Below, one piece after another: positions 30,657-39,969 of a stretch of 64,000 nt of DNA. Where the stretch lies: assembly GCA_964519725.1 (NCBI GenBank), contig CAZFKS010000004.1, positions 11,848-75,847 of the forward strand, in the 5' to 3' direction. Source of the stretch: an uncultured Gammaproteobacteria bacterium. Its GTDB lineage: Bacteria > Patescibacteriota > Patescibacteriia > Magasanikbacterales > UBA922. Position numbers and translations under genes: made by a program. The notes under the pieces were generated by a model. That model saw nothing but the letters and a program-made list of their open reading frames with translations, had not been told where the DNA came from and did not search any database. Position 1 is the stretch's first letter; each line of letters opens with the position of its first letter.

Positions 30657-30657
30657 A

Positions 30658-31302
30658 TTAATCGAGGTAGGAAATGTTTTGTTGTTCAACCAAAGCCACA
30701 GTTTTTTTCAAAACATCGAGGTGCCAAGTTTTAGAAAATCCAACTCCAGCATCACCATCGCCAGTCACAAACTCAATAATATTTGGGGCAATTACTTTTA
30801 AACTATCATAATCAATTGCGCCCGGGTGATTACCAAGCACGCCTAAATATTGGCTTGGCGGCGCATCAGCCACATATTTTGGTTCCAAGAAAAAGTAGCA
30901 CGAATCTGGACTGTAAATTGAACCACATAAATTTTCATTACCAACCTGTTCAGTCCGGTCATTCGCAATCACTAAATAATAATCCAAACTACTGCTCGTA
31001 AAAATATGAAGCACGCGAAATTTTGCTTGCAAATAACTTTGTGAGAGTAAGGTTGAGGTCGGCGTGGTTTTGGTAATGTCAAACACTGTGCCAGGATGAG
31101 ATGTGGCAATGTCAGGCTGGTCTAAAACGCCTGTATTTTCCGTAGGCCCAGTATTTGTAGTTGAGGTTGGTGTGCTGACCACTTGGTCAGCTGGTAAAAG
31201 CTCAACGGTTTTTTGGTGCGCTTCATGTTGCGCATACCAAATTAAACCGCCTAGTCCACCCAGGACAATAATTGCTAATAAAATAAGGAGTGATTTTTTC
31301 AT
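30658..31302 (-). CDS. Hypothetical membrane-anchored extracellular protein
   Basis: N-terminal TM, Thr/Pro linker, Cys pair. Confidence 0.65.
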   Translation of the reverse strand: MKKSLLILLAIIVLGGLGGLIWYAQHEAHQKTVELLPADQVVSTPTSTTNTGPTENTGVLDQPDIATSHPGTVFDITKTTPTSTLLSQSYLQAKFRVLHIFTSSSLDYYLVIANDRTEQVGNENLCGSIYSPDSCYFFLEPKYVADAPPSQYLGVLGNHPGAIDYDSLKVIAPNIIEFVTGDGDAGVGFSKTWHLDVLKKTVALVEQQNISYLD

Positions 31303-31383
31303 AAAATATTTTCCTTACCTTAACACGCTAAGCCCATTTTGGCAATAAAAAAACGGCCCCGCAGGACCGTTTTTTCTGGCAAT

Positions 31384-31665
31384 TTAGAGCACTGCTTCTT
31401 TAGCAGCTTTAGCCAAGCGGAATTTAACAACCGTTTTGGCAGCAATTTTAATAGTGGCGCCAGTGGCTGGGTTGCGACCAGTGCGAGCAGCACGGCGAAC
31501 CTTAACCATTTTACCAAAGCCTGGCACAACAAACATGCCATTCTTTTTCACTTCTTTGTAAGCAGTGGCTGAGAGGAGGTCGAGCACCATGCCGATATCC
31601 TTTTTACTTAAACCGGACTTGTCTGCTAAGAGACTTAGCAAAGCTGATTTTGTCATTCCTGACAT
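31384..31665 (-). CDS. hup: HU family DNA-binding protein
   Basis: MTKSAL.., PGFGK, ARTGRNPATG, VKFR. Confidence 0.93.
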   Translation of the reverse strand: MSGMTKSALLSLLADKSGLSKKDIGMVLDLLSATAYKEVKKNGMFVVPGFGKMVKVRRAARTGRNPATGATIKIAAKTVVKFRLAKAAKEAVL

Positions 31666-31786
31666 ATGAGGTTGTTAAATTAACCTTAATAATATTGAGT
31701 ATTATAGCGCGCGTGTGGAAATACGCAACAAAAATAAGGGTGAAAATACCTAAGCTGTGGAAAACTTCGCAAAATAGGGGAGTAGG

Positions 31787-31815
31787 TTGACAAAATTACA
31801 TTTTTAAATTATAAT
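31787..31815 (+). promoter_or_regulatory. Consensus sigma70 promoter of cassette D
   Basis: TTGACA-17 nt-TATAAT. Confidence 0.8.
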
Positions 31816-31883
31816 TCACTGTTCTGAAAATTTGGGAATGTCCCGAATTGACAGACAAGTTCTTTAAACGTGAGGTCTTACAA

Positions 31884-32420
31884 ATGGTTTCGATCCGTCG
31901 TTTCAATGTCCCTGTGTTCATGCTCGTTGACGATGGCGCCGGCACTGGCACCTACAACCACCTCCCTAACGACGTCTATGACACGATCAAGCGGTGTATG
32001 CCGATCTTTTGTGTCGACATCATCGCCATCACCTCTCACAGCAAGGTCTGCCACCTGGCCAAGCGCCGGCGCACGCCGTGCCAGGGCTGGTGGTGGTTTG
32101 GAGGTCGGCTCGGTCAGGACGAACTGCCCGAGAACGGCGCAACGCGCATTCTCGAGCGCGAGCTCGGGATCCACATTGACCCGGGGCGATTCAAGGTCGC
32201 CGGGGCGGTATTTCAGTACTTCAACGAACCGGAATGCCGGGGCACCTTCCCGGTGTTCCAGCTCAGCTTCGAGATCACCGCTGAGGAGCTCGCCGCGGTC
32301 CGTCTGGACCCGGGCGAGTACGAGGCCGACGTCGGCCTCCGAGAGTTCAGCCTGGCTGACTTGCAGACCGAGGGGGTCAACCCCCTCATCGCAGCGGTCG
32401 CCCGCGACCTGCTCTTGTAA
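31884..32420 (+). CDS. NUDIX hydrolase, GDP-mannose hydrolase-like (GC-rich cassette D)
   Basis: PIFCVDII..KRRRTPCQGWWWFGGRLGQDELPENGATRILERELG, a variant Nudix box; GAGGT upstream of ATG 31884. Confidence 0.75.
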   Translation: MVSIRRFNVPVFMLVDDGAGTGTYNHLPNDVYDTIKRCMPIFCVDIIAITSHSKVCHLAKRRRTPCQGWWWFGGRLGQDELPENGATRILERELGIHIDPGRFKVAGAVFQYFNEPECRGTFPVFQLSFEITAEELAAVRLDPGEYEADVGLREFSLADLQTEGVNPLIAAVARDLLL

Positions 32421-32552
32421 TCTCTTCACCACCCCTAATCCCGCCTCTACCAAAATCCCAACTGGTGGAGGCTGCAAAACCCCCTGTCTCCACCACTTTT
32501 ATTTCTAAAGTTTGGAAGTAAAAGTGGCAGGGAGTTTTGTTATTTATAAAAC

Positions 32553-32625
32553 AAAAAACAGCCATGAATGACTGTCTTTTGTTGCGCCTCTGATTCGTCA
32601 GAGGCAGCGTCCCAGAACTCGGCGC
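32553..32625 (-). repeat. Conserved 3' element copy 1 (hairpin plus terminator) of cassette E
   Basis: Aligns with 33096-33171; identical core cgtcagaggcagcgtcc at 32596-32612. Confidence 0.8.
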
Positions 32626-32663
32626 GGCGTCATGCGGGTTCAATGGGAAGCGCCAGGACGGCG

Positions 32664-33008
32664 CTAGCGGTGGGCGAAGGAGACGATCGCCTCGGCGAGT
32701 TCGTGGGGCTTGGCGCCCCAGGACTCGCACTTCTTCTTGAAGGCTTCGTCGTCTTCAAGTTTTCTTTCGGTCTCATCACAAGTCCAGTTCTTCCTCTCGT
32801 GGCTCGGGACATCTTGTCCATTGTAGATTGAGATGAAGTTGAACTTGGGCACCTTTCCTTTTTCGAAGGTGAACACGATGACCTTACGTTCACCGTCATT
32901 TTTGCAGAATCGTGTGACATCGAGGCGCTTCGTGCCCTCGAATTTACCACCGACGCGAGCGGGTTCGTTTTCGAGTAGCTTTTTGGGGTCGATTTCGATG
33001 AAACGCAC
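32664..33008 (-). CDS. Hypothetical protein (GC-rich cassette E)
   Basis: GTG start (MRFIEIDPKK..) 9 nt after GGGAG; promoter TTGACT at 33084-33079. Confidence 0.65.
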   Translation of the reverse strand: MRFIEIDPKKLLENEPARVGGKFEGTKRLDVTRFCKNDGERKVIVFTFEKGKVPKFNFISIYNGQDVPSHERKNWTCDETERKLEDDEAFKKKCESWGAKPHELAEAIVSFAHR

Positions 33009-33095
33009 TGAATATCGCTCCCTAGGTTGCCTGTTACCAGGCGTGATTTGTGCTAAACTTAGCATAAAACAATAAAAAAGTCAAGGTACAAAATG

Positions 33096-33171
33096 AAAAA
33101 ACAGCCACCTAAGTGACTGTTTTTTCATTGGGCCCCTGACACGTCAGAGGCAGCGTCCTGGATCTCGGCGC
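33096..33171 (-). repeat. Conserved 3' element copy 2 (hairpin plus terminator) of cassette F
   Basis: Aligns with 32553-32625; identical core at 33142-33158. Confidence 0.8.
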
Positions 33172-33224
33172 CGATTGCTCGGCACCAAGCTCAGACAGGA
33201 GTGATCCGGAGAGGATCACGTTGC

Positions 33225-33680
33225 TCAGCTCTTGTGGAGCGAGCGCCGGCGGCCGACCATCTTCATGATCAGTGCCAGAGTGGGGAGGTAGACGAGACCC
33301 CCACCGGTCTCCTGGACCTGGATAAGTCCGCGCTCCTCGAACCGCGCGAGGATGACGCGGACCTCGTCCGGGTCCATCCGCTCATCGGAGATCTTGTTGT
33401 CTTCGAGGAGACGTGTCTTGCTGACTCCGATCCAGCAGAGGCGTTCGGCAGCTTCTGCGGCCGTGGTGTTGGTAGGGAGAGACTTGAAGTCCTCCCACAT
33501 GTACACCAGGAGGCGCGCTCCGAGCGCGTCCTCCACCTTGCTGTCGAGGATTGGATTACAGGCGTCGGGGCGGTCCAGCCCCCACCGGACGAGTCGAAAC
33601 TCGCCGGGGAGACAGGGTGCCCCTTCGAGGTCGAACCGGTAGAGGCCCGGTCGACCAGGGATCTCTGCGCACCTTGACAT
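33225..33680 (-). CDS. Hypothetical protein with possible C-terminal winged helix (GC-rich cassette F)
   Basis: ATG 33680 after GGGAG; promoter TTGACA(33828)-17-TATACT(33805). Confidence 0.65.
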   Translation of the reverse strand: MSRCAEIPGRPGLYRFDLEGAPCLPGEFRLVRWGLDRPDACNPILDSKVEDALGARLLVYMWEDFKSLPTNTTAAEAAERLCWIGVSKTRLLEDNKISDERMDPDEVRVILARFEERGLIQVQETGGGLVYLPTLALIMKMVGRRRSLHKS

Positions 33681-33919
33681 TGTGAAAATTCTCCCTGAAA
33701 CGAACATCCGGCGGGGACGCCGGAAAGAGTGGATGAAACGGCCAACGCGAGCAGTGAAGAGGCCAGTGGCCACCTACAGCCTTTCGTCGTTGACGCGCCA
33801 GTATACACAAAAATCCCTTTTTTGTCAAGAGGATAACTTGATAAAATCCCTTAAATTAGCCAAAAAAATTAAAAAACCACGGCTATTAACCGGGTTTTGT
33901 CGACGATTTCCGTCATTTG

Positions 33920-33991
33920 TAGCGCCAAGGGGAATTGAACCCCTGTTCTCAGGTTGAAAACCTGATGTCCTAACCATTAGACGATGGCGCC
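33920..33991 (-). tRNA. tRNA-Glu (TTC)
   Basis: Reverse complement ggcgccatcgtctaatggttaggacatcagg-ttTTCaa-cctga..ggttcaattcc..tggcgcta. Confidence 0.95.
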
Positions 33992-34078
33992 ATAATGTAA
34001 CAGCAAAATTATAGAAGAAAAAAAACCCTTTGTCAACTATTGACAACCGCGCCGGCGTCTGATATTATCTTCACATCA

Positions 34079-34190
34079 ACCGCAGACAGTAGCTTTTCCC
34101 GCCAGGGAACTTAAATACGCTACCGAGGTCACATTTCACTTAAGAAATGTTCTTCTTAAAGGTCGCTGCGGTAATCAGCGCTTTTTTATT
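34079..34190 (+). promoter_or_regulatory. L10 ribosomal protein leader
   Basis: accgcagacagtagc..cttaa..gctaccgaggt matches the L10-leader pattern, followed by a hairpin and T-tract, directly upstream of rplJ. Confidence 0.8.
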
Positions 34191-34214
34191 TTAAAAAGCG
34201 CACAATTACCAAAT

Positions 34215-34736
34215 ATGGCTAAATCTAGACAAGTTAAAACTGATTCACTGAATGACCTCAGTAGTCACCTCCGCACTGCTAAATCAGTGGTGTTTGCCAA
34301 TTTCCAAGGCCTAAAGGTTAAGGAAACTGAAGAACTCCGCAAAAAATGCCGCGCGGAAAATGTTTACTTTGTTGCTACTAAGAAAACTTTGCTCGCCAAA
34401 GCGTTGACAGAAGCTGGTCTAACCGCTGATGTTAAACACTTTGAGGGTGGCGTGGCGGCAATCTTTGGCATGAATGATGAAGTTGCGCCTGCTCAACTTA
34501 CCGCTGAATTTGCTAAGACTCATGAAGTCGTTAAGCTTTTTGGTGGTATTTTGGAAGGTCACTTTATTGATAGTGCTAAAGTAAACGCACTTGCTAAACT
34601 CCCAAACAAGCAACAGCTCTTGGGACAACTCGTTGGTACTTTGAACGCGCCAGTTTCTGGCTTCGTGAATGTACTGGCTGGAAACTTACGCGGCCTCGTT
34701 GGTGTTTTGAATAACATCAAAGAAGCTAAAGCCTAA
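34215..34736 (+). CDS. rplJ: 50S ribosomal protein L10
   Basis: LRKKCR..KKTLL..LAKLP..LLGQLVGTLNAP; upstream of rplL. Confidence 0.96.
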   Translation: MAKSRQVKTDSLNDLSSHLRTAKSVVFANFQGLKVKETEELRKKCRAENVYFVATKKTLLAKALTEAGLTADVKHFEGGVAAIFGMNDEVAPAQLTAEFAKTHEVVKLFGGILEGHFIDSAKVNALAKLPNKQQLLGQLVGTLNAPVSGFVNVLAGNLRGLVGVLNNIKEAKA

Positions 34737-34751
34737 TTAATTTAAACTATT

Positions 34752-35153
34752 ATGTCAGAAGAAAAAATGGTTGTACCAGAGAAATTCGTTTCTCTCGTAG
34801 AACAAATTGAAAAAATGTCAGTGCTTGACCTTTCAGAACTTGTAAAAGTTTTGGAAGACAAGTTTGGTGTATCAGCTGCTGCTCCTGCAATGATGATGGC
34901 TGCTCCAGCCGCTGCTGGTGGCGCTGCTGCTGCCGAAGAAAAAACCGACTTCGGTGTTGAACTTACCGATGGTGGTGCTAACAAAATCGCTGTAATCAAG
35001 GTGGTGAAAGAAATCACTGGTCTTGGTTTAGCTGATGCTAAAGCTCTTGTTGATGGCGCTCCAAAAATGGTAAAAGAAGGCGTTAAGAAAGAAGAAGCTG
35101 AAGAAATGAAAAAGAAAATTGAAGAAGCTGGCGGTAAAGTCACTTTGAAGTAA
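34752..35153 (+). CDS. rplL: 50S ribosomal protein L7/L12
   Basis: Ala-rich hinge, [22 protein letters not shown]. Confidence 0.98.
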   Translation: MSEEKMVVPEKFVSLVEQIEKMSVLDLSELVKVLEDKFGVSAAAPAMMMAAPAAAGGAAAAEEKTDFGVELTDGGANKIAVIKVVKEITGLGLADAKALVDGAPKMVKEGVKKEEAEEMKKKIEEAGGKVTLK

Positions 35154-35167
35154 TTTTTCTTTCAAAT

Positions 35168-35196
35168 AAAAAACCCGGCGTTAAACCGGGTTTTTT
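35168..35196. terminator. Bidirectional terminator after rplL
   Basis: aaaaaacccgg-cgttaaa-ccgggtttttt. Confidence 0.8.
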
Positions 35197-35207
35197 ATTT
35201 ATTAATT

Positions 35208-37394
35208 TTACCGCGCCAGGTGATACACTTTTTGTCCGTCTAAGACAAATAAATTTTTCGCAGTTTTATCAACCCACAGGCCAGTTGGATTGGTCCAACT
35301 ATGAGACACTAATTGTTCTTTGAATGCACCACTTTTATCAAAGATCAGAACACGTTTACCGCTAGTATCGAGAATAAATAATTCGTTAGCTTCGGCTGGA
35401 ACCACTAAACCACTTGTTGATGTTAGGGCTGGCTCAACTGGGGCGAGTGAAAAACCTTGCTCATCACCGCGGTACCATTTGTACATTGAACCACTGTCTT
35501 TTAGGAGATACACATCACCATCAATCGCCAGTGAGCCGCCGCCACCAAAATGACTTTCCCCAGATTTGGTCCAGGCTGAGCCTTGATCAAAACCAGTTTG
35601 CGTTAAATTGTGTTTGTAAATTCGGTTATTAACCGAGTCTATGGTGTACAGATTTTCATTATAAAGTGCAATGTTTTTAAGTTCAGCGGTGGCACTTGGT
35701 AAACTTAAATTCTTCTTGACCAATGTCTGGGTGTCAGTGTCGAGTAAGCCAACTTCACCAGAACCTGAGCGCATGGCAATTAAATTACTTTCCGGGTCAG
35801 CGGCCGCGTCTACTAATTCTGATAAAGCTTCGTGTTGTTTGCCCTGCACTTCTTTGGTAATGGCATTAATAAAATACCAACTAGCATCATTTGGGCCATA
35901 AGCAATCACGGTACTACCAAAACCAATCAAGCGGAGTGGCTGACTGCCAGCATTAACTTGTGACAAATCAGCCAGTAATTCTGGTTCAACGCGGCGTTCA
36001 TTGCGCAAGCGATCAGCTAAAGTTTGGAGGTCAGTTTCTAATTTAGCTAATTGTTCATAATCTGGTTCAGTGTCGCGGAGTTCGCGCACCAAAGCAAAAC
36101 CTTCATTTACTAAGATATTAGCTTTGGCTTTATCTTCGTAAGCCAGGCTGGCTTCGGCGGCTTCTTTTTTGTCTGTAATCGCTGAGGCTAAATTAGTAAT
36201 TTTGTCTTGCTTGGCTACGCGGCGTTCGTAAATTTTGCGGTAAGATAAAGTGCCAACAAATAAAATTGCGGTCACTATCAAACCAATGGTTAAGTACCGA
36301 CTAATTGGTGGCAAACTATTTAGTGAGCGTTTGGTATTTTCCATCCGGCCGCGCCACTCATTCATTTCGTCCAAGCGGCTGCGTTGACTGCGCACTAAGC
36401 GGTAAACACTTTTACCAGCCCCCATAATTCCTTTGGCCGTGCCCATGAATATGGCCACTAAAGTTTGCCCCGCGCCAACCATTACTTTGCCAAACGAATG
36501 CAAGAAACTTTCCGGCGGAGTTTGACCCCACTGCCGGCGGTTTTCGCGGGTGAGATAGGTTGGGTAGAGTGGTAATTGTTTGGTTCGTTCTTTTAATTTT
36601 GACAAAGTAGTTTTAACGTCTTTAATCAGTGGGGGAGACAGTGTTTCAGCGGTCCGGTCAGCCGCCGTAACCAAGTGATTAAGTGACGCGGCTGAACCAG
36701 TTTTTTCTGGTCCCAGTTTTGGAACAATTTTTTTGTTCAATTGCGCAATCAGTCCGCCAAATGAATAATCACTGCCAATTTCTTGGAGGACTTTTTGCAA
36801 GTGGCTACTAACATCTTTGACTGGTCGGTCAGATAATAATTTTAACACCCGATCAAGTGGGAAATAATCCACTACGTGTGGGGTGGCGGCGTAAAAGAAA
36901 TCCTTATTATTTATGGTTCCAGTCACTAAATCTGAAAAGAAATTTTTATTTTCACCTTCGTCTGCGCCCTCAATAATTGAGTATGATTGTAATTGATTTT
37001 GCTGCCAGTAAAAAACTGCGGCTTGTGGTGCGCCGTGATAACTAAGCGTAATGGTTCCGTCCATGATCGTCCCAACCAAACAAGTAATGTCACTGGCATG
37101 TTCAGTCAAAACATCTTCAAACTCACGGTTCACTGATTGCAAAATCCGCTCCAGTAAATATTCGTTTTTTTCCTCACGAGCGTAATATCGGTCTTCCAAA
37201 TACTGAATAATTTTTTGACTGGTTTCAATCAGGCTGGTGGTGCCAACCATTAATTCCATTAAAATAAACAAATAACCCCGTTCTTTTTCGTGTGGGGCGC
37301 TGGGTTCGGCCAAATGTAAAATCACATGGGCCTTTTCCAGGGTTTTGCCTGGGGTGAAAAACTCCTTAATATCCAAATTTTGCGGGGTATTCAT
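35208..37394 (-). CDS. Conserved hypothetical membrane protein (degenerate PP2C-like N-terminus, TM, C-terminal beta-propeller)
   Basis: Domain layout inferred from sequence pattern; LAIDGDVYLL and FILD..RVLIFDK blades; start uncertain. Confidence 0.65.
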   Translation of the reverse strand: MNTPQNLDIKEFFTPGKTLEKAHVILHLAEPSAPHEKERGYLFILMELMVGTTSLIETSQKIIQYLEDRYYAREEKNEYLLERILQSVNREFEDVLTEHASDITCLVGTIMDGTITLSYHGAPQAAVFYWQQNQLQSYSIIEGADEGENKNFFSDLVTGTINNKDFFYAATPHVVDYFPLDRVLKLLSDRPVKDVSSHLQKVLQEIGSDYSFGGLIAQLNKKIVPKLGPEKTGSAASLNHLVTAADRTAETLSPPLIKDVKTTLSKLKERTKQLPLYPTYLTRENRRQWGQTPPESFLHSFGKVMVGAGQTLVAIFMGTAKGIMGAGKSVYRLVRSQRSRLDEMNEWRGRMENTKRSLNSLPPISRYLTIGLIVTAILFVGTLSYRKIYERRVAKQDKITNLASAITDKKEAAEASLAYEDKAKANILVNEGFALVRELRDTEPDYEQLAKLETDLQTLADRLRNERRVEPELLADLSQVNAGSQPLRLIGFGSTVIAYGPNDASWYFINAITKEVQGKQHEALSELVDAAADPESNLIAMRSGSGEVGLLDTDTQTLVKKNLSLPSATAELKNIALYNENLYTIDSVNNRIYKHNLTQTGFDQGSAWTKSGESHFGGGGSLAIDGDVYLLKDSGSMYKWYRGDEQGFSLAPVEPALTSTSGLVVPAEANELFILDTSGKRVLIFDKSGAFKEQLVSHSWTNPTGLWVDKTAKNLFVLDGQKVYHLAR

Positions 37395-37456
37395 AAGGCC
37401 TTTTGACTTCTTGAGTACAATTATTATACTATAGGCTGGTACACATTTCAATCCTT

Positions 37457-38059
37457 ATGCTTGAACAACTTTTTGGCTCAAAAACCCGGGTTAAGCTCCT
37501 GCGGATTTTATATCGTCACCCAGAAAAATCCTACTTTGTGCGGGAATTGACTCGAGTTTTGGATGCTCAGATTAATGCGGTTCGGCGCGAGATTGAACAG
37601 TTGGCTGCGGTCGGGCTTTTATTAGAATCAGAGGAGAAACAAACAGTAGACGAAGAGGCCAAGGCTGGGGCCAGTCTCCGCAAGTATTACAAACTCAATA
37701 AAGACTGTTTGATTTTTAATGAACTTCAGGCCTTGCTCTTAAAAGAGCAATTAGCGGGTGAGGAGGAGTTTGTCAAAGAACTCCAGGCAGGCAAAATTGG
37801 GACCATTGATTTTATGCTGATGTCAGGCCGGTTTACGCATGATGAGCATGCGCCGTCTGATGTTTTGATTGTTGGTGATGTTAAGGAAAAACCACTGGCC
37901 AAATTAGTGGCTGAATATGAACAGAGTTTTGGGTTTCCAATTCGATACACGGCCATGAGTAAACAGGAATTTTTTGACCGCCGATACGTGATGGATAAGT
38001 TTATTTTCTCGCTATTTGAGGCCAAACACGTAAAAGTGGTAAATAATTTTGACCTCTAA
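37457..38059 (+). CDS. Winged-helix protein with nucleotidyltransferase-like C-terminus
   Basis: LFGSKTRVKLL..YFVRELTR..INAVRREI; SG..SDVLIVGD. Confidence 0.75.
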   Translation: MLEQLFGSKTRVKLLRILYRHPEKSYFVRELTRVLDAQINAVRREIEQLAAVGLLLESEEKQTVDEEAKAGASLRKYYKLNKDCLIFNELQALLLKEQLAGEEEFVKELQAGKIGTIDFMLMSGRFTHDEHAPSDVLIVGDVKEKPLAKLVAEYEQSFGFPIRYTAMSKQEFFDRRYVMDKFIFSLFEAKHVKVVNNFDL

Positions 38060-38442
38060 TGTTTTTGCTGGTTGATACATCAGGCCGCGACCAAATTTCC
38101 CTGACTTTGTTCAAGGGCGCCTTTGTTGAACAGAAAAATTATTCAGTGCCAAATCGGGAACTCTTGGTCAGTATTGAAAATTTTTTACAAGCGAATACTT
38201 TAGGCGCCCAAGATATTGAGGGTGTGGCGGTGGTGGTTGGTGCTGGCAGTTTTACTAGCACGCGGATTGCGACCACAGTGGCCAATACTTGGGCGTATGC
38301 TAAAAATATTCAAATTGTTGGCGTAACTGCCGCTGAAGCCAGTGACTTACCAAAACTGGAAGCCAAACTTTTACAGGCCGAGCCAGGCATTTATATTTCT
38401 GCGACGTATAGTGGTGAGCCGAATATTGGGAAAGCAAAATAA
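38059..38442 (+). CDS. tsaB: Short TsaB (t6A biosynthesis)
   Basis: LLVDTS, VVVGAGSFTSTRI motif. Confidence 0.8.
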   Translation: MFLLVDTSGRDQISLTLFKGAFVEQKNYSVPNRELLVSIENFLQANTLGAQDIEGVAVVVGAGSFTSTRIATTVANTWAYAKNIQIVGVTAAEASDLPKLEAKLLQAEPGIYISATYSGEPNIGKAK

Positions 38443-38480
38443 TGGACAAAAGCGAAAAATTCCGCTACAATAAGAGCATT

Positions 38481-39968
38481 ATGCTCACTGATTATCAGCG
38501 GTATCGGTTATACGAAATTTTGCCTGGCGTGTCGGTTTGGGTCACGCTCGTGATTAGTTTGGTGCTGGCTTTGGTGAAGCCGCTCTGGATGATTTATTTT
38601 ATTATTGTGTTTGATGTGTATTGGGTATTAAAAGTACTCAATTTTTCTTTTTATTTGTTAGTGTCGTGGCGACGGTACAGCCGAGCGCGGAAAACTGATT
38701 GGCGCGCACGATTGGGGACTGATATTGCAGGTCTGGAAAAATTACACCACGTGGTGTTTTTGACCTTGTACGATGAGTCTTGGGGGGTGGTAAAAACTTC
38801 AATTCAAAGTATTGCGGACAGTGTTTATGACCCAAAACAATTTGTAATTGTAATTGCGGGTGAAGAAAAAACCGAGAAACATTTTGCTGATATTTTTGCC
38901 AAAGTAAAAGAGGAATTTGGTGAAGCGTTTGGCGATATTGTGGGCACAGTGCACCCAATGGGTCTTCCAGATGAAATTCCGGGTAAAGGTTCAAATTTAA
39001 ATTATTCAGAACGCGAACTGCGCAAATACATTGATGGCAAGGGCTGGAATTATGACAATGTGATTGCAACCATGTTTGATATTGATACTGTGGTGCACCC
39101 GCAGTACTTTAGTTATTTGACCTATGTGTACGCACGGCACCCAAATCCAACCCGGTCATCGTACCAGCCAATTGCCCTATACAATAATAATTTATGGGAA
39201 TCGCCAGCCGTGCTGCGGCTGATGGCGTTTGGAACCACCTTTTGGACTTTTACCATGCTGGCCCGGCAAGATGCGCTGGTGACTTTTTCGTCACACTCCA
39301 TGAGTTTCCGGGCGATTGTTGATGCTGGTCACCATGACAAGCGGATTGTCAGTGAAGACTCGCGCATTTTTTACCAGTGTTTACTGGCTTATAATGGTGA
39401 TTATCACGTGACACCGCTATATATTCCAGTTTCAATGGATACAGTGCGTGATGATACGTTTTGGAAAAGTATTAAAAATTTGTATCGCCAACAACGGCGT
39501 TGGGCGTGGGGTGTGGAACATGTGCCATTTTTACTTTATGAATTTAGAAAAAAAGGTAAAGACATGCCACTGTGGCTAAAAATTAAATGGGTGTTTGTGG
39601 AGTGGGAAGGTAAGTGGTCATGGTGTTGTGTGGCGATTTTAATTACGATTTTGGGTCGGCTGCCAATGTACGTGGCTCCAGAATCAGTGCGCCAAAGTGC
39701 TTTGTATTTTAATGCCCCGCACATTTTGGAATTACTCATGACTGTGTCCATGCTTGGTTTGTTTTTGTCTGCTTTGTTTAGTTTTCCGCTGTTACCAAAA
39801 CGGCCAGCTAGCCACCCGCCACACAAATATTTAACCATGCTGGGGCAGTGGGTTTTATTGCCTTTTTCGATGATTTTGGTTAGTGCCATTCCAGCGATTG
39901 ATGCGGTGACTCACCTAATGCTTGGTAAATATTTGGGTTTTAATGTGTCACTCAAAAAACGGAAATAG
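38481..39968 (+). CDS. Processive GT2 family glycosyltransferase
   Basis: GKGSNLN, DID, SED, QQRRWAWG, flanking TMs. Confidence 0.88.
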   Translation: MLTDYQRYRLYEILPGVSVWVTLVISLVLALVKPLWMIYFIIVFDVYWVLKVLNFSFYLLVSWRRYSRARKTDWRARLGTDIAGLEKLHHVVFLTLYDESWGVVKTSIQSIADSVYDPKQFVIVIAGEEKTEKHFADIFAKVKEEFGEAFGDIVGTVHPMGLPDEIPGKGSNLNYSERELRKYIDGKGWNYDNVIATMFDIDTVVHPQYFSYLTYVYARHPNPTRSSYQPIALYNNNLWESPAVLRLMAFGTTFWTFTMLARQDALVTFSSHSMSFRAIVDAGHHDKRIVSEDSRIFYQCLLAYNGDYHVTPLYIPVSMDTVRDDTFWKSIKNLYRQQRRWAWGVEHVPFLLYEFRKKGKDMPLWLKIKWVFVEWEGKWSWCCVAILITILGRLPMYVAPESVRQSALYFNAPHILELLMTVSMLGLFLSALFSFPLLPKRPASHPPHKYLTMLGQWVLLPFSMILVSAIPAIDAVTHLMLGKYLGFNVSLKKRK

Positions 39969-39969
39969 T

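Noticed and set aside
31710-31765. Two DnaA-box-like sequences (tgtggaaat, tgtggaaaa) upstream of hup
   Set aside because: Only two imperfect boxes and no dnaA/dnaN context; insufficient to call oriC.
32463-32495. tggtggag..ctccacca resembling a tRNA/tmRNA 3' end or att site
   Set aside because: No T-arm or cloverleaf and no match to the neighbouring tRNA-Glu; explained as a simple hairpin.
32553-33171. Integron attC sites or CRISPR repeats
   Set aside because: No clear RYYYAAC/GTTRRRY ends, no intI or cas genes, only two copies, and each cassette has its own promoter.
31870-33808. Many overlapping ORFs in several frames across cassettes D-F (also 5079-5369, 54294-54758)
   Set aside because: Expected from stop-codon scarcity at high GC; only one frame per cassette fits the promoter, SD and terminator.
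33825-34046. 73-aa ORF
   Set aside because: Overlaps tRNA-Glu.
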